DNA of 64,000 nt. Origin: an uncultured bacterium. Its GTDB lineage: Bacteria > Patescibacteriota > Minisyncoccia > Phycocordibacterales > UBA9973. Shown piece after piece: positions 1-8,950 of this stretch. The DNA is taken from positions 155,624 to 219,623 of the forward strand of contig CAITGV010000001.1 of NCBI GenBank assembly GCA_903892035.1. The letters run 5' to 3'. The notes under the pieces were generated by a model. It was given only the letters and a program-made list of their open reading frames with translations. It was not told where the DNA came from and searched no databases. Position 1 is the first letter of the stretch. The number at the start of each line of letters is the position of its first letter. Position numbers and translations under genes: made by a program.

Positions 1-765
1 ACACTTCTCAATGAAATGCCTCATGGCCGAAAGCCAGTAATAACGGAAATTGTGACTCCTTTAAAACGCGCTGAAGTTTATGAAAAAATTAGAAGTGAAA
101 TGAAAAATGGCCGACAACTTTATGTAATCTGTCCGAGAATAAACGCACCCGATCCTGATATGGAAAATTCTTTGCAAGTAAAATCTGTAACAGAAGAAAC
201 CAAAAGACTAAAAAAAGATATTTTTCCTGAATATGAAATTGGAATTCTTCATTCAAAGATGACAAAACAAAAAAAAGAAGAAGTGATGGACGAATTTTCT
301 AAAAACAAAATCGATATTTTACTTGCAACATCTGTCGTCGAAGTTGGGGTCAATGTGCCAAATGCCACAATAATAATTATAGAGGGTGCGGAACGTTTTG
401 GTCTCGCCCAACTTCACCAACTTCGCGGACGTGTAATTCGTTCAAATACTCAAGCATATTGTTATTTATTTGCAGAAGCAAAATCGCAAAAAACTATGGA
501 CCGCTTGAAGGCACTGAAGACTGCCAAAAATGGTTTCGAACTCGCTGAGCTCGACCTTGCACTACGTGGCGCTGGTGAACTTTCGGGGGTGAAGCAATGG
601 GGCATTTCAGATCTCGGAATGGAAGCCATAAAAAATATTAAAATGGTGGAAGCCGCCCGCAATGAAGCACAAGCTCTCATTTCTTCCGACTCCACTCTTC
701 ATCTCTACCCCAAACTAAAATCCGCCCTCTCGGAGCGAAAATTAGAAGAAATGCATTTTGAATAA
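1..765 (+). CDS. recG: ATP-dependent DNA helicase RecG, C-terminal fragment (5' end outside window)
   Basis: Helicase C-terminal motifs (ILLATSVVEVGVNVP, QLRGRVIR) and RecG-type C-terminal tail. Frame is open from nt 1. Confidence 0.7.
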   Translation, partial: TLLNEMPHGRKPVITEIVTPLKRAEVYEKIRSEMKNGRQLYVICPRINAPDPDMENSLQVKSVTEETKRLKKDIFPEYEIGILHSKMTKQKKEEVMDEFSKNKIDILLATSVVEVGVNVPNATIIIIEGAERFGLAQLHQLRGRVIRSNTQAYCYLFAEAKSQKTMDRLKALKTAKNGFELAELDLALRGAGELSGVKQWGISDLGMEAIKNIKMVEAARNEAQALISSDSTLHLYPKLKSALSERKLEEMHFE

Positions 766-766
766 A

Positions 767-1348
767 TTATTTTTCTTTATTATTTGAAACAAAACTTTTA
801 AAATTTTCTAAATCTTGCTTAGAACCTAATATATATATTTGCTCTGGATGATAAACACTATATTCATCGTCATTTGTTCCCTCAAATTCAAATACTCCAT
901 CATATCCATACTTATCTGCATTTACATAAATTTGAGCTGGCAAATGAAAATATTGACTTTTCCCTTCAGTGTATTCAGGATGTTCTTTGTTTACAGCATT
1001 AATAAATTCTTTATTACTAGGTTTAGCTAGATTTTTTATATTTAAAATTGCTTGCATAATATGCTTACCATATCTTCCTGTATTAAAAGGACTAAAATAA
1101 AATCTATTTGCATTCGTTTTACTGATTTTAGATTTATCAAAAACATCAAATTTTTCACCAGTTCTATGATAAAGAATATCCTTAACCTTGCTTTCAGGGA
1201 ATATACTATCTAAATATTCTGAATATTGTTCTTTTGTACCAACTTTAGCAAGTTCTGGATTCTGCTCAAAGACAAAATCCACACCCTTTTTTATTTTATT
1301 TTCTAGACTTTTAGTATTTTCTAATCCTTGAGGTTGATCAAAATTCAT
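767..1348 (-). CDS. hypothetical protein (193 aa)
   Basis: Long ORF with no recognisable motif. Converges on recG with a 1-nt gap and starts 5 nt after the tRNA. Confidence 0.45.
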   Translation of the reverse strand: MNFDQPQGLENTKSLENKIKKGVDFVFEQNPELAKVGTKEQYSEYLDSIFPESKVKDILYHRTGEKFDVFDKSKISKTNANRFYFSPFNTGRYGKHIMQAILNIKNLAKPSNKEFINAVNKEHPEYTEGKSQYFHLPAQIYVNADKYGYDGVFEFEGTNDDEYSVYHPEQIYILGSKQDLENFKSFVSNNKEK

Positions 1349-1353
1349 AAGTG

Positions 1354-1426
1354 TCCACCCTCCTGGACTCGAACCAGGGACAGGACGAGTATAAGTCGTC
1401 TACTCTACCAACTGAGTTAAGGGTGG
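1354..1426 (-). tRNA. tRNA with anticodon UAU (putative tRNA-Ile(UAU)); no encoded CCA
   Basis: Manual cloverleaf on minus strand: acceptor CCACCCU/AGGGUGG, U8 A9, D-stem ACUC/GAGU with loop AGUUGGUA. Anticodon stem GACGA/UCGUC with loop CUUAUAC (U33, A37, anticodon UAU), variable loop CUGUC, T-arm CCUGG-UUCGAGU-CCAGG, discriminator A73. Confidence 0.7.
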
Positions 1427-1431
1427 ATATT

Positions 1432-2088
1432 CTAACTGATTTGAGAAATATATTTTAGGCCCATTGTTATATATTCCCAAAGATCTCTATTATCAAACAT
1501 AACACAACATGTCCCTTTTCCAAAGCCATTTTTATAAGTTATAGACTTAGAGCTATTTTTCTTAATATATGACTTTCGAAACTGACTTATGGGTATTTTA
1601 AGCTCTCTTGACCAAAAATCAATACTTTTCTTAACATTCATATCAGAATACAGATGAAGTTTTACTTTTAAGTTTTTCCTTTCTACATTCATCAACTCCA
1701 GCCATTTTATAAAAAGCTTCAACATCGCTGGATTGGTATTTGTAAGGGTCACCGCACCTCTTTGAACCTTTGTTCCCTCTCCCCAATATAGGAATAATCC
1801 TGCTAAAAATAAATCTCTTTTTGAAAGTGTTCCTACGTCTTTTGACACTTTTCCAAATACTTCCTTCAGGCGAGTTTCTCTTTTCGCCATCTTTGTATTT
1901 CTACACCTTTCAATGCGAATCGGATTGTTATCCCTTAATTCACGAATTCTTTTTTCAGATAACGGCATATTATAAAGCCACCCGCTCAAAGTACTTTTAC
2001 TAATACCGAGCTTTTCTTTTATCTGACTGTAGCTCATGCCTTTCTTACGCATGTCTATTGCTTTTTGTTTGTCTTCTTTTCGTGCCAT
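1432..2088 (-). CDS. HTH-containing LAGLIDADG-like homing-endonuclease-family protein (putative)
   Basis: N-terminal resolvase-type HTH (GMSYSQIKEKLGISKSTLSGWL). Central LAGLFLYWGEGTK resembles a single LAGLIDADG motif, followed by a ~110-aa domain of typical size. Stop is 5 nt from the tRNA 5' end. Confidence 0.4.
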   Translation of the reverse strand: MARKEDKQKAIDMRKKGMSYSQIKEKLGISKSTLSGWLYNMPLSEKRIRELRDNNPIRIERCRNTKMAKRETRLKEVFGKVSKDVGTLSKRDLFLAGLFLYWGEGTKVQRGAVTLTNTNPAMLKLFIKWLELMNVERKNLKVKLHLYSDMNVKKSIDFWSRELKIPISQFRKSYIKKNSSKSITYKNGFGKGTCCVMFDNRDLWEYITMGLKYISQIS

Positions 2089-2156
2089 AAAATACGAACC
2101 TGCAAATAATAATTACAGACATAGTATACCATGGTTCGTATAAATATATTAGTGTT

Positions 2157-4094
2157 TTACCCTGCAATACTTACAGCTGGTAAATCTTTTTTCTTAAGCT
2201 TAATGCCGTGAGCTTTTATGATGTCTTCATATTCTGGTTGCTCGAGTGTTTCTACTTCGATAAGACGAGTTGCTATTGCGTCTAGAACTTTTCTATGTGT
2301 GGTTAGTGTTTCGCGTGCTTTTGCAAAAGCATCATTCATTATTTTTGAAACCTCAGCATCAATTTTCGCAGAAACTTCTTGAGAATAACCATTGTCTTCT
2401 ACTCCTTGACCAAACATTGGTCGTCCTCCATTTGATTCATATGCAATCGGTCCCAAATTTTCACTCATTCCCCATCGAGTCACCATTGCTCGAGCAAGAT
2501 TTGAAGCAACTTGTAAATCATTTGATGGTCCTGTCGTAATGTCACCAAAAATCATTTCTTCAGCTACGTATCCACCGAGAGACATCGCAATATCATCAAG
2601 AAATTCTTTTTTACTTTGCAAACGTCTTTCCTCAAGAGGAAGCTTTAAAGTGTAACCACCAGCACGTCCGCGAGCAACAATAGAAACTTTATGAACTGGA
2701 TCAGCATGTGGAAGCACAGAAGCCACGAGTGCATGTCCAGCTTCGTGATAAGCCGTAATTTCTTTTTCTTTTTTTGTCATAAGGTGACTCTTGCGTTCTG
2801 GTCCCATCATTACTTTTTCAATAGAACGAATAAGGTCAAACTGAGCAACTTTCTTGCGATCCTCTCGAGCAGCGAGAATTGCTCCTTCATTCATAAGTGA
2901 GAAAAGGTCTGCACCAGAAAATCCTGGCGTACGTTCGGCGATAATTTTTAAATTTACATCTTCAGCAAAAGGTTTTTTTGCAGAATGAATTGTCAAAATT
3001 TCTTCACGATCTGCTCGGTCTGGAAGATCTAGCACAACACGACGATCAAAACGACCGGGGCGTAGTAGTGCAGGGTCAAGCACATCGCCACGATTTGTCG
3101 CAGCCATCACAATTACTTTTTCATTTGGATCAAAACCATCCATCTCAACAAGAATTTGATTCAATGTTTGTTCACGTTCATCATTTCCACCTCCAACTCC
3201 TGTGCCACGCACGCGACCGACAGCATCGATCTCATCTATGAAAATTATAGCTGGAGCAGATTTTTTTGCCATTTGAAAAAGGTCTCGCACACGTGATGCT
3301 CCGACACCGACAAACATTTCTACGAATTCAGAACCAGATAAATGGAAAAATGGAACACTCGCCTCTCCTGCCACCGCACGTGCCAAAAGAGTTTTTCCTG
3401 TTCCTGGTGCACCAGTCAAAATTACACCTTTTGGTATCCTTGCTCCGATGTCTAAAAACTTTTTAGGATTTTTCAAAAAATCAACAATTTCTGAAAGCTC
3501 TTGTTTCGCTTCTTTGTTTCCAGCAACGTCTTTAAAAGTAACACGATTGTTTTTATCATTTGGATCAGTAATTTTCGCTTTTGATTGACCAAAAGTAAAT
3601 GCTTGCATACTAGTCCCCTTCACCTGGCGTGAAAGCATCCAAACAAAAAATGCGATAAGTATTACAGGTAAAAGAAATGGCAAAATATTTATTATCCAAA
3701 AACCAAAACCTGATTCATTTTTTATATCAATTTCAACTTTATCTAAATTTGCCGAAGTCACTCCATAGTTTGCAAGAGTTTGAGAAAGTGAGGATTCTGT
3801 TTCTTTTTTTGAAGTAACCTGTGAATTGTCTTTAAGAGTAAGAGTAAGGTCATTTCCAGAAACTTCAATCTTTGCCACATTTCCATCTGTAATTTTTTGC
3901 GCTACTGCAGAAAGTGGAACTACTGGAATGGATTTACTATTGTCTGTAATCCACGAAAAAAGTGCGACCAAAAGAATAAGTACAACAATAGCACCTGTCA
4001 TTTGGCTCAAAATCTTTGGCTTTTGTGGTCCCCCTTGTGGACCTACAGCCATTTTTTTATTTCCTTTTGGTTTCATCATATCCATACAGTCCAA
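2157..4094 (-). CDS. ftsH: ATP-dependent zinc metalloprotease FtsH
   Basis: N-terminal TM, Walker [15 protein letters not shown], and zinc motif HEAGHAL. Confidence 0.95.
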   Translation of the reverse strand: MDCMDMMKPKGNKKMAVGPQGGPQKPKILSQMTGAIVVLILLVALFSWITDNSKSIPVVPLSAVAQKITDGNVAKIEVSGNDLTLTLKDNSQVTSKKETESSLSQTLANYGVTSANLDKVEIDIKNESGFGFWIINILPFLLPVILIAFFVWMLSRQVKGTSMQAFTFGQSKAKITDPNDKNNRVTFKDVAGNKEAKQELSEIVDFLKNPKKFLDIGARIPKGVILTGAPGTGKTLLARAVAGEASVPFFHLSGSEFVEMFVGVGASRVRDLFQMAKKSAPAIIFIDEIDAVGRVRGTGVGGGNDEREQTLNQILVEMDGFDPNEKVIVMAATNRGDVLDPALLRPGRFDRRVVLDLPDRADREEILTIHSAKKPFAEDVNLKIIAERTPGFSGADLFSLMNEGAILAAREDRKKVAQFDLIRSIEKVMMGPERKSHLMTKKEKEITAYHEAGHALVASVLPHADPVHKVSIVARGRAGGYTLKLPLEERRLQSKKEFLDDIAMSLGGYVAEEMIFGDITTGPSNDLQVASNLARAMVTRWGMSENLGPIAYESNGGRPMFGQGVEDNGYSQEVSAKIDAEVSKIMNDAFAKARETLTTHRKVLDAIATRLIEVETLEQPEYEDIIKAHGIKLKKKDLPAVSIAG

Positions 4095-4125
4095 GTATTA
4101 TACATTAAAATTCCACATAAAAAAA

Positions 4126-4155
4126 GAGCCCCTTTGTATCACTACTTGGAGGCTC
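4126..4155 (-). terminator. putative intrinsic terminator (GAGCC...GGCUC stem then U7 on minus strand)
   Basis: Hairpin followed by TTTTTTT on the minus strand, immediately downstream of ORF 4166..4711. Confidence 0.35.
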
Positions 4156-4165
4156 ATTTCTTTTT

Positions 4166-4711
4166 TCATACGAAATCAAACTTTGTTGCAGTAACCCAAA
4201 ACTCTGGGTTAGTACTTAAACTAATAGTTGGTAAAATATTTGGTGGTCTCACAACAGAAACTACTCCACAAATATTCCCACCCAATAATTTAATTTTGTT
4301 AGCATAATTATCTACCAATTTAAAATTATTGATGGAATTCAATGCTAAAATTAGATTTTTGTCTTTAAAGTTTGTTTTTGGATTCAGTCTTTTATAACAA
4401 ATACAACTTTTCAGTGTACTATTATATTTAGAAATTTCGTCTGAAAAAACTTGATCAATAACTGAAATTGGCAAAAGGATAGGTTTTGAAATATTATTTC
4501 TCAAAATCTTCTCTCCAATTAATTCACAAGATTTCTCAAACAATGGACTACGGTAAAAACCATAAAAATCCATTTGGTAACTTCCATTTTTGGGTCCATA
4601 AACAAAGTGTCTATGAAAACCATTAGTGGCTAAAAATAAGTCGAGGCACTCGTCATTGTGTGCTCGAAATTTAAGTTTTGGTCTAAATTTAGTTAATGTT
4701 TCGTCGTTCAT
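4166..4711 (-). CDS. hypothetical protein (181 aa)
   Basis: ORF with no recognisable motif. Confidence 0.4.
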   Translation of the reverse strand: MNDETLTKFRPKLKFRAHNDECLDLFLATNGFHRHFVYGPKNGSYQMDFYGFYRSPLFEKSCELIGEKILRNNISKPILLPISVIDQVFSDEISKYNSTLKSCICYKRLNPKTNFKDKNLILALNSINNFKLVDNYANKIKLLGGNICGVVSVVRPPNILPTISLSTNPEFWVTATKFDFV

Positions 4712-4816
4712 AAATTAATGTTTTTTGATGGTTTTACTTTTATTTAATTGACAGTGTTTTTTGTTCTATTTCGAATACTACGCTGATTAAGGTAAAAGTC
4801 AATACAAAAATATTAT

Positions 4817-5083
4817 TTACTTTATAGTCTGAATACCTTTTTTATAAAACTCAATTAACATTTCTTTTTTATCTCTCCTCCATTTCTTAATTTGAATTTC
4901 TCTTTTACGTGCAGATGAAGAATTTTCATGTTCTTCTAAAAATACAATTGAGAATAAATAATGTGATTTAGTAAAATTTGCCCCTATTCCCCCATTATGT
5001 TCAGCCAACCTCCGATTTGGATTATCTGTAATTCCTACATATAAATCATTTTGATTATTTTTTATCATATATACAAAATACAT
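4817..5083 (-). CDS. GIY-YIG nuclease family protein (YhbQ/UPF0213-like)
   Basis: N-terminal YVYMIKN...LYVGIT...R...EH motif pattern of the GIY-YIG domain; ~88 aa. Confidence 0.7.
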   Translation of the reverse strand: MYFVYMIKNNQNDLYVGITDNPNRRLAEHNGGIGANFTKSHYLFSIVFLEEHENSSSARKREIQIKKWRRDKKEMLIEFYKKGIQTIK

Positions 5084-5193
5084 AAATTAAATTATATCAC
5101 CCCTTCAAATTATTCAGAGTAAATTGCCCGTTCGACTCCTCATTCTCCTTCGACAAGCTCAGGATAAAATTCGTCGCTCAGGGCACTCGACTA

Positions 5194-5228
5194 AAAACAA
5201 AACACCCCTACGCGGGGTGTTTTGTTTT
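5194..5228. terminator. bidirectional intrinsic terminator
   Basis: Perfect 15-bp palindrome AAAACAAAACACCCC-UACGC-GGGGUGUUUUGUUUU flanked by A/T runs; downstream of tmRNA. Confidence 0.7.
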
Positions 5229-5279
5229 CGCTTGTGGTTTACCACGAGCGAATTTCGAGAATACTCGAAACGAGTCGAG

Positions 5280-5663
5280 TGGAACTGGGGAGAATTGAAC
5301 TCCCGTGCAAAAAGAATGAATGCCTACGTCTACGTGTGTATTGCCTCTCAAGTGTTTAAATTATAATCCTAAAGAGAACACAAAAAAGATTACAATCGAG
5401 TCTCGAAGTTTAGAGTTTTACGAGAGACAGCGCAAAACTCGAAATCGTCAATATAATGCCCTACTATATCTGGACGAATTCACAGACATAGGAACACCGG
5501 TTGTCGCTTACGCGAGGGCCGGAGCAAAACTAAACGCGTTAGCGTAAGGTGATGCTATTCCAGATGTTTTTGCATTTGGATTTTGGAAAAATTTTAACGA
5601 GATTATTTCCATACTCGACACGCAGTAAACATGCATCGCTTCTTGTCGAAGCCTAGCAGTCCC
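5280..5663 (-). ncRNA. ssrA: tmRNA (ssrA), standard one-piece; tag reading frame about 5499..5534
   Basis: 5' end GGGACUGCUAGGCUUCGACAAG matches the tRNA-like domain of E. coli tmRNA (GGGGCUGAUUCUGGAUUCGACGGG). 3' end GGGAGUUCAAUUCUCCC-CAGUUCC-A forms the T-arm plus acceptor, pairing with the 5' GGGACUG including a G3:U70 wobble. Internal frame GCU AAC GCG UUU AGU UUU GCU CCG GCC CUC GCG UAA encodes the tag ANAFSFAPALA. It sits immediately downstream of smpB. Confidence 0.8.
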
Positions 5664-5669
5664 AAATTT

Positions 5670-6134
5670 TTAATGAACCTTGAAATCCCTTCTCACCTCT
5701 CTATCTGTCTCGCGCTTTTTTATTGTCTCGCGCTTGTCGAATTTCTTTTTTCCTTTAGCTACTGCAAAAGAAAGTTTAATTCGACGACCCTTACTATACA
5801 ACGAAAGTGGTATAATTGTCAAACCTTTTTTTGACTCTTCATTCGCGAGTTCCCCAATTTCCTTTTTTGTAAGCAAAAGTTTTCTAGTACGCATCGAATC
5901 ATATGATTCTGGTGTATTGCCAACTTGGTATGGAGGGACGGTTGCTCCCACAAGAAAGGCTTCTCCCCCTCGGATAATCACATGAGCTCCCTCGAGAGAG
6001 CCGTGTCCACTTCGGATAGACTTCACTTCAGCACCAGAAAGTTCCACCCCAGCCTCGTACTTCTCGAGAATCTCGTAATTAAAAGTAGCTTTTCTATTTT
6101 CCACCAATGATGACATCAGGCTATTGTAGCACAA
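5670..6134 (-). CDS. smpB: SsrA-binding protein SmpB
   Basis: Full-length similarity pattern to SmpB (NRKA.FNY.I....G..L.G.EVKS.R); adjacent to the tmRNA. Confidence 0.9.
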   Translation of the reverse strand: MCYNSLMSSLVENRKATFNYEILEKYEAGVELSGAEVKSIRSGHGSLEGAHVIIRGGEAFLVGATVPPYQVGNTPESYDSMRTRKLLLTKKEIGELANEESKKGLTIIPLSLYSKGRRIKLSFAVAKGKKKFDKRETIKKRETDREVRRDFKVH

Positions 6135-6155
6135 TAGCGTTTGACTTTTAAGACG

Positions 6156-6184
6156 TAATGGTTTAGAATGGTCCCCAGAGCTTG
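6156..6184 (+). promoter_or_regulatory. sigma70-like promoter for infC-rpmI-rplT (TTGACT-N17-TAGAAT)
   Basis: Consensus-like -35 and -10 hexamers 15-40 nt upstream of infC, in the divergent smpB/infC intergenic region. Confidence 0.5.
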
Positions 6185-6198
6185 CCTCTAAATTTCAA

Positions 6199-6705
6199 TT
6201 GCGAGAACGAATAAACAACCAAATAAAAGCACCAGAACTCCGGGTCTTAGACCAGGATAATGCTAGTATGGGTGTTATGATTCTTTCAGATGCTTTAAAA
6301 ATGGCAAATGAAAGAGGCGTTGATTTAATTGAAATTGCTCCAAGTGCCACCCCACCGATTGCCAAGCTTATGGATTTCGGAAAGTATCAATACGAGCAGG
6401 CAAAAAAGCAGAAAAAAGCAAAAGCTGGATCAAAGCAAGCAGAGACGAAATCTATACAGATTAAAATCGGAACTGGTGAGCACGACCTAGAGCTTAAAGC
6501 GAAAACTGCTTCCAAATGGCTCAAGGAAGGACACCGAATCAAAGTTGAACTATATCTTGCAGGACGTGCAAAATATCTTGATGAAAAATTTTTGAAAGAA
6601 AGACTCGACAGAGTATTGCATTTCATCACAGAGAATTTCAAACTTGCAGATGGTTATAAGAAAAGTCCAAAAGGTATCATGGTCACACTCGAAAGAGAGA
6701 AATAA
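6199..6705 (+). CDS. infC: translation initiation factor IF-3
   Basis: IF3 N- and C-domain similarity (RINNQIKAPELRVL..., GVDLIEIAP). The ORF begins at a non-ATG codon (TTG at 6199), typical of autoregulated infC. Confidence 0.9.
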   Translation: MRERINNQIKAPELRVLDQDNASMGVMILSDALKMANERGVDLIEIAPSATPPIAKLMDFGKYQYEQAKKQKKAKAGSKQAETKSIQIKIGTGEHDLELKAKTASKWLKEGHRIKVELYLAGRAKYLDEKFLKERLDRVLHFITENFKLADGYKKSPKGIMVTLEREK

Positions 6706-6728
6706 ATTATTTATTATTTTTATATTTT

Positions 6729-6920
6729 ATGATGAAGACAAACAAATCGCTTTCAAAAAGATTGAAGATTACCAAAAATGGTAAGATTCTTTCACGTGCA
6801 CCTGGTTTCAACCATTTCAATGCAAAACAAAGTCGCAGTAAACAACTTGGTGGCCGAAAAATGAACAATTTTACTATTAAAAATAAGTTAAAGAGTACGC
6901 TTTTGCCGTTCTCAAATTAA
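6729..6920 (+). CDS. rpmI: 50S ribosomal protein L35
   Basis: Small basic protein with MKTNKSLSKRLKITKNGKI...R matching L35. Confidence 0.85.
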   Translation: MMKTNKSLSKRLKITKNGKILSRAPGFNHFNAKQSRSKQLGGRKMNNFTIKNKLKSTLLPFSN

Positions 6921-6926
6921 AAATAT

Positions 6927-7274
6927 ATGACAAGAGTTAAACGTGGCGTCATAAAACTAAAGCGCCGAAAGAAAATATTAAGTCAGACAAAAGGTTACCG
7001 TTTTGGTCGCAGTACAAAAGAGGCTGCCGCAAAAGAAGCAATTCTACACGCTGGAACATATGCTTTTGCTCATCGCAAAGACAAGAAAAATGACAAACGT
7101 CGCCTTTGGACTGTAAAGATTAATGCTGCAACTCGCGCATTTGATATGTCTTACAGTAAGTTCATCGATGCCCTCAAAAAGAAAGACATCCTAGTTGACC
7201 GCAAAATCCTTTCCGACATCGCTTCAAAAAACCCTGAAACATTCGAAAGAATAATGAAAGCAATCAAAGCTTAA
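6927..7274 (+). CDS. rplT: 50S ribosomal protein L20
   Basis: MTRVKRGV...KRRK...KGYRFGRS...RRLW matches L20. Confidence 0.9.
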   Translation: MTRVKRGVIKLKRRKKILSQTKGYRFGRSTKEAAAKEAILHAGTYAFAHRKDKKNDKRRLWTVKINAATRAFDMSYSKFIDALKKKDILVDRKILSDIASKNPETFERIMKAIKA

Positions 7275-7284
7275 ACTCACAAAG

Positions 7285-7313
7285 AAAAAACCGCTCGAAA
7301 GAGCGGTTTTTTT
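7285..7313 (+). terminator. intrinsic terminator after rplT
   Basis: AAAAAACCGCUC-GAAA-GAGCGGUUUUUUU. Confidence 0.8.
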
Positions 7314-7327
7314 GCTATAATCTTTTT

Positions 7328-8245
7328 ATGCACATTATTACAATGATAATTACTGTTTTGGGTCTGTGTCTTTTTGAGGTCGTATCGAGTGTGGACAATG
7401 CAATTATAAATGCCGAAGTGCTCGGCACAATGAAGCCAAGAGGTAGAAAATGGTTTTCTGTGTGGGGACTTTTATTTGCAGTTTTTGTTGTACGAGGACT
7501 TTTACCTTGGATAATTATTTACGCCGTAAATCCTGCACTTGGTTTTTGGGGTTCATTTACTGCTTCGTTTTCTGGCAATCCTCTCGTTGCAGAATCGATA
7601 GCAAAATCTGCACCAATACTTCTTTGTGGAGGTGGAGTATTTTTGATATTTTTATTTTTAAATTGGTTATTCTTGGAAGAAAAACATTTTGGTTTACCAG
7701 CAACAGAGAAATTCTTTTTTAAAAATGGAGTTTGGTTTTACGGAGCAGTATCTGTGCTTTTAGCATATATCGTTTGGAAAGGAATACACATCGATTTGAT
7801 GCTTGGATTTAGTGCAGTCGTAGGCTCAACGGCATTTTTTGTCACACACGGTTTCAAGCAAAATGCTGAAAAAAATGAAAAGAAATTAATGAAAGGCCAT
7901 ATGTCAGATTTTAGTAAAATAATATATTTGGAAATTATTGATACCACATTTTCAATCGATGGAGTGCTCGGTGCTTTTGCTTTCACTCTTTCAATACCAC
8001 TTATATTAATTGGAAACGGTTTAGGTGCTCTTGTGGTACGACAATTAACACTCGGAAATATTGAGAATATTAAAAAATACAAATATTTAAAAAACGGAGC
8101 AATGTATTCAATACTATTTTTAGGATTAATAATGCTCTCTGATGCATTTGGAATGCAAATACCTGAATGGGTGTCCCCACTTACGACAGTTCTCGTAATA
8201 TTGTTTTTCTTTTTTAAATCTAAAAAAGCTTTTGCAATAGAATAA
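7328..8245 (+). CDS. TerC/DUF475-family integral membrane protein
   Basis: Multi-TM protein with SVDNAIINA and IDTTFSIDGVLGAFAF motif pairs typical of the TerC/DUF475 superfamily. Confidence 0.5.
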   Translation: MHIITMIITVLGLCLFEVVSSVDNAIINAEVLGTMKPRGRKWFSVWGLLFAVFVVRGLLPWIIIYAVNPALGFWGSFTASFSGNPLVAESIAKSAPILLCGGGVFLIFLFLNWLFLEEKHFGLPATEKFFFKNGVWFYGAVSVLLAYIVWKGIHIDLMLGFSAVVGSTAFFVTHGFKQNAEKNEKKLMKGHMSDFSKIIYLEIIDTTFSIDGVLGAFAFTLSIPLILIGNGLGALVVRQLTLGNIENIKKYKYLKNGAMYSILFLGLIMLSDAFGMQIPEWVSPLTTVLVILFFFFKSKKAFAIE

Positions 8246-8902
8246 TTATTCGTGTTCAGTTTTTACAACTTCAAATTCAGCAATTTTATCTTTTTTTACA
8301 AGCTCGAAAACTTTTTGTACTAGAGTTTTTGGGTCTTTGTCGAAAACTACTTTAGCATTTGGCCTATGACCTTTTTCCAATATTTCAGCAATTTCTTTAT
8401 CCATGTCCCATTCACCTTGTAACACTCCGATAGGTTTATTGTCTTCAAAAGCAATAGTAAACTCGTGTATGGTTCCGATACGTCCACAGCCGATAAGCAC
8501 AGCGTCACAAGCTCTTGTAAGCAGTAAATCTCTACCTGGGTAACCGAAACCTGTATAGACGATCACGTCCATATAGTCTACTGGTAATCGATATGTATTT
8601 ACATGCTCCTTCTCACTTGCAGCTGGTGAAAAACCAATAGAAAGACCGTGTTCTTCTTTTGCACCCATTGCAGCCCAAAGTGGAAAACCAGTAGTTGCTC
8701 CCGTGACAATGATGCCTCCCTGTCGAATAACTTCGCGTCCTAATTCTTTTGCCTGGTCGAGGGCATGAATTCCACAGTGGCCAGTTTCAGCCGCACCCGA
8801 AATACAAATCTTTAATTTTAAGTGATTGTGCTTTCCGTCGTTTTCTAGTGGTTCATTGTAAACACTGAAATCATCATTTTGTTTTTTTATTTCTGTATCC
8901 AT
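8246..8902 (-). CDS. LOG/TIGR00725-like Rossmann-fold nucleotide-binding protein
   Basis: ISGAAETG...IVTGATTGFPLWAAMGA...GRIGTIHEFT pattern resembles the LOG/SLOG family. Confidence 0.5.
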   Translation of the reverse strand: MDTEIKKQNDDFSVYNEPLENDGKHNHLKLKICISGAAETGHCGIHALDQAKELGREVIRQGGIIVTGATTGFPLWAAMGAKEEHGLSIGFSPAASEKEHVNTYRLPVDYMDVIVYTGFGYPGRDLLLTRACDAVLIGCGRIGTIHEFTIAFEDNKPIGVLQGEWDMDKEIAEILEKGHRPNAKVVFDKDPKTLVQKVFELVKKDKIAEFEVVKTEHE

Positions 8903-8950
8903 ACGAACGATTATACCACATATTTTATCTATTTAATGTATAATGTGCAA

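Noticed and set aside
5124-5547. Plus-strand ORFs 5124..5366 and 5320..5547
   Set aside because: They lie antisense to, or inside, the tmRNA gene and its structured trailer, and have no motif. The GC-rich RNA gene creates spurious open frames.
5100-5669. Possibility of a circularly permuted (two-piece) tmRNA, or of a duplicated ssrA 3' end near 5125 (GGAGUCGAACGGG)
   Set aside because: A canonical 5' end GGGACUGCUAGGCUUCGACAAG was found at 5663, immediately after smpB. It pairs with the 3' CAGUUCC-A, so the gene is standard one-piece. The 5125 segment is too dissimilar to the real T-arm to call an att duplication.
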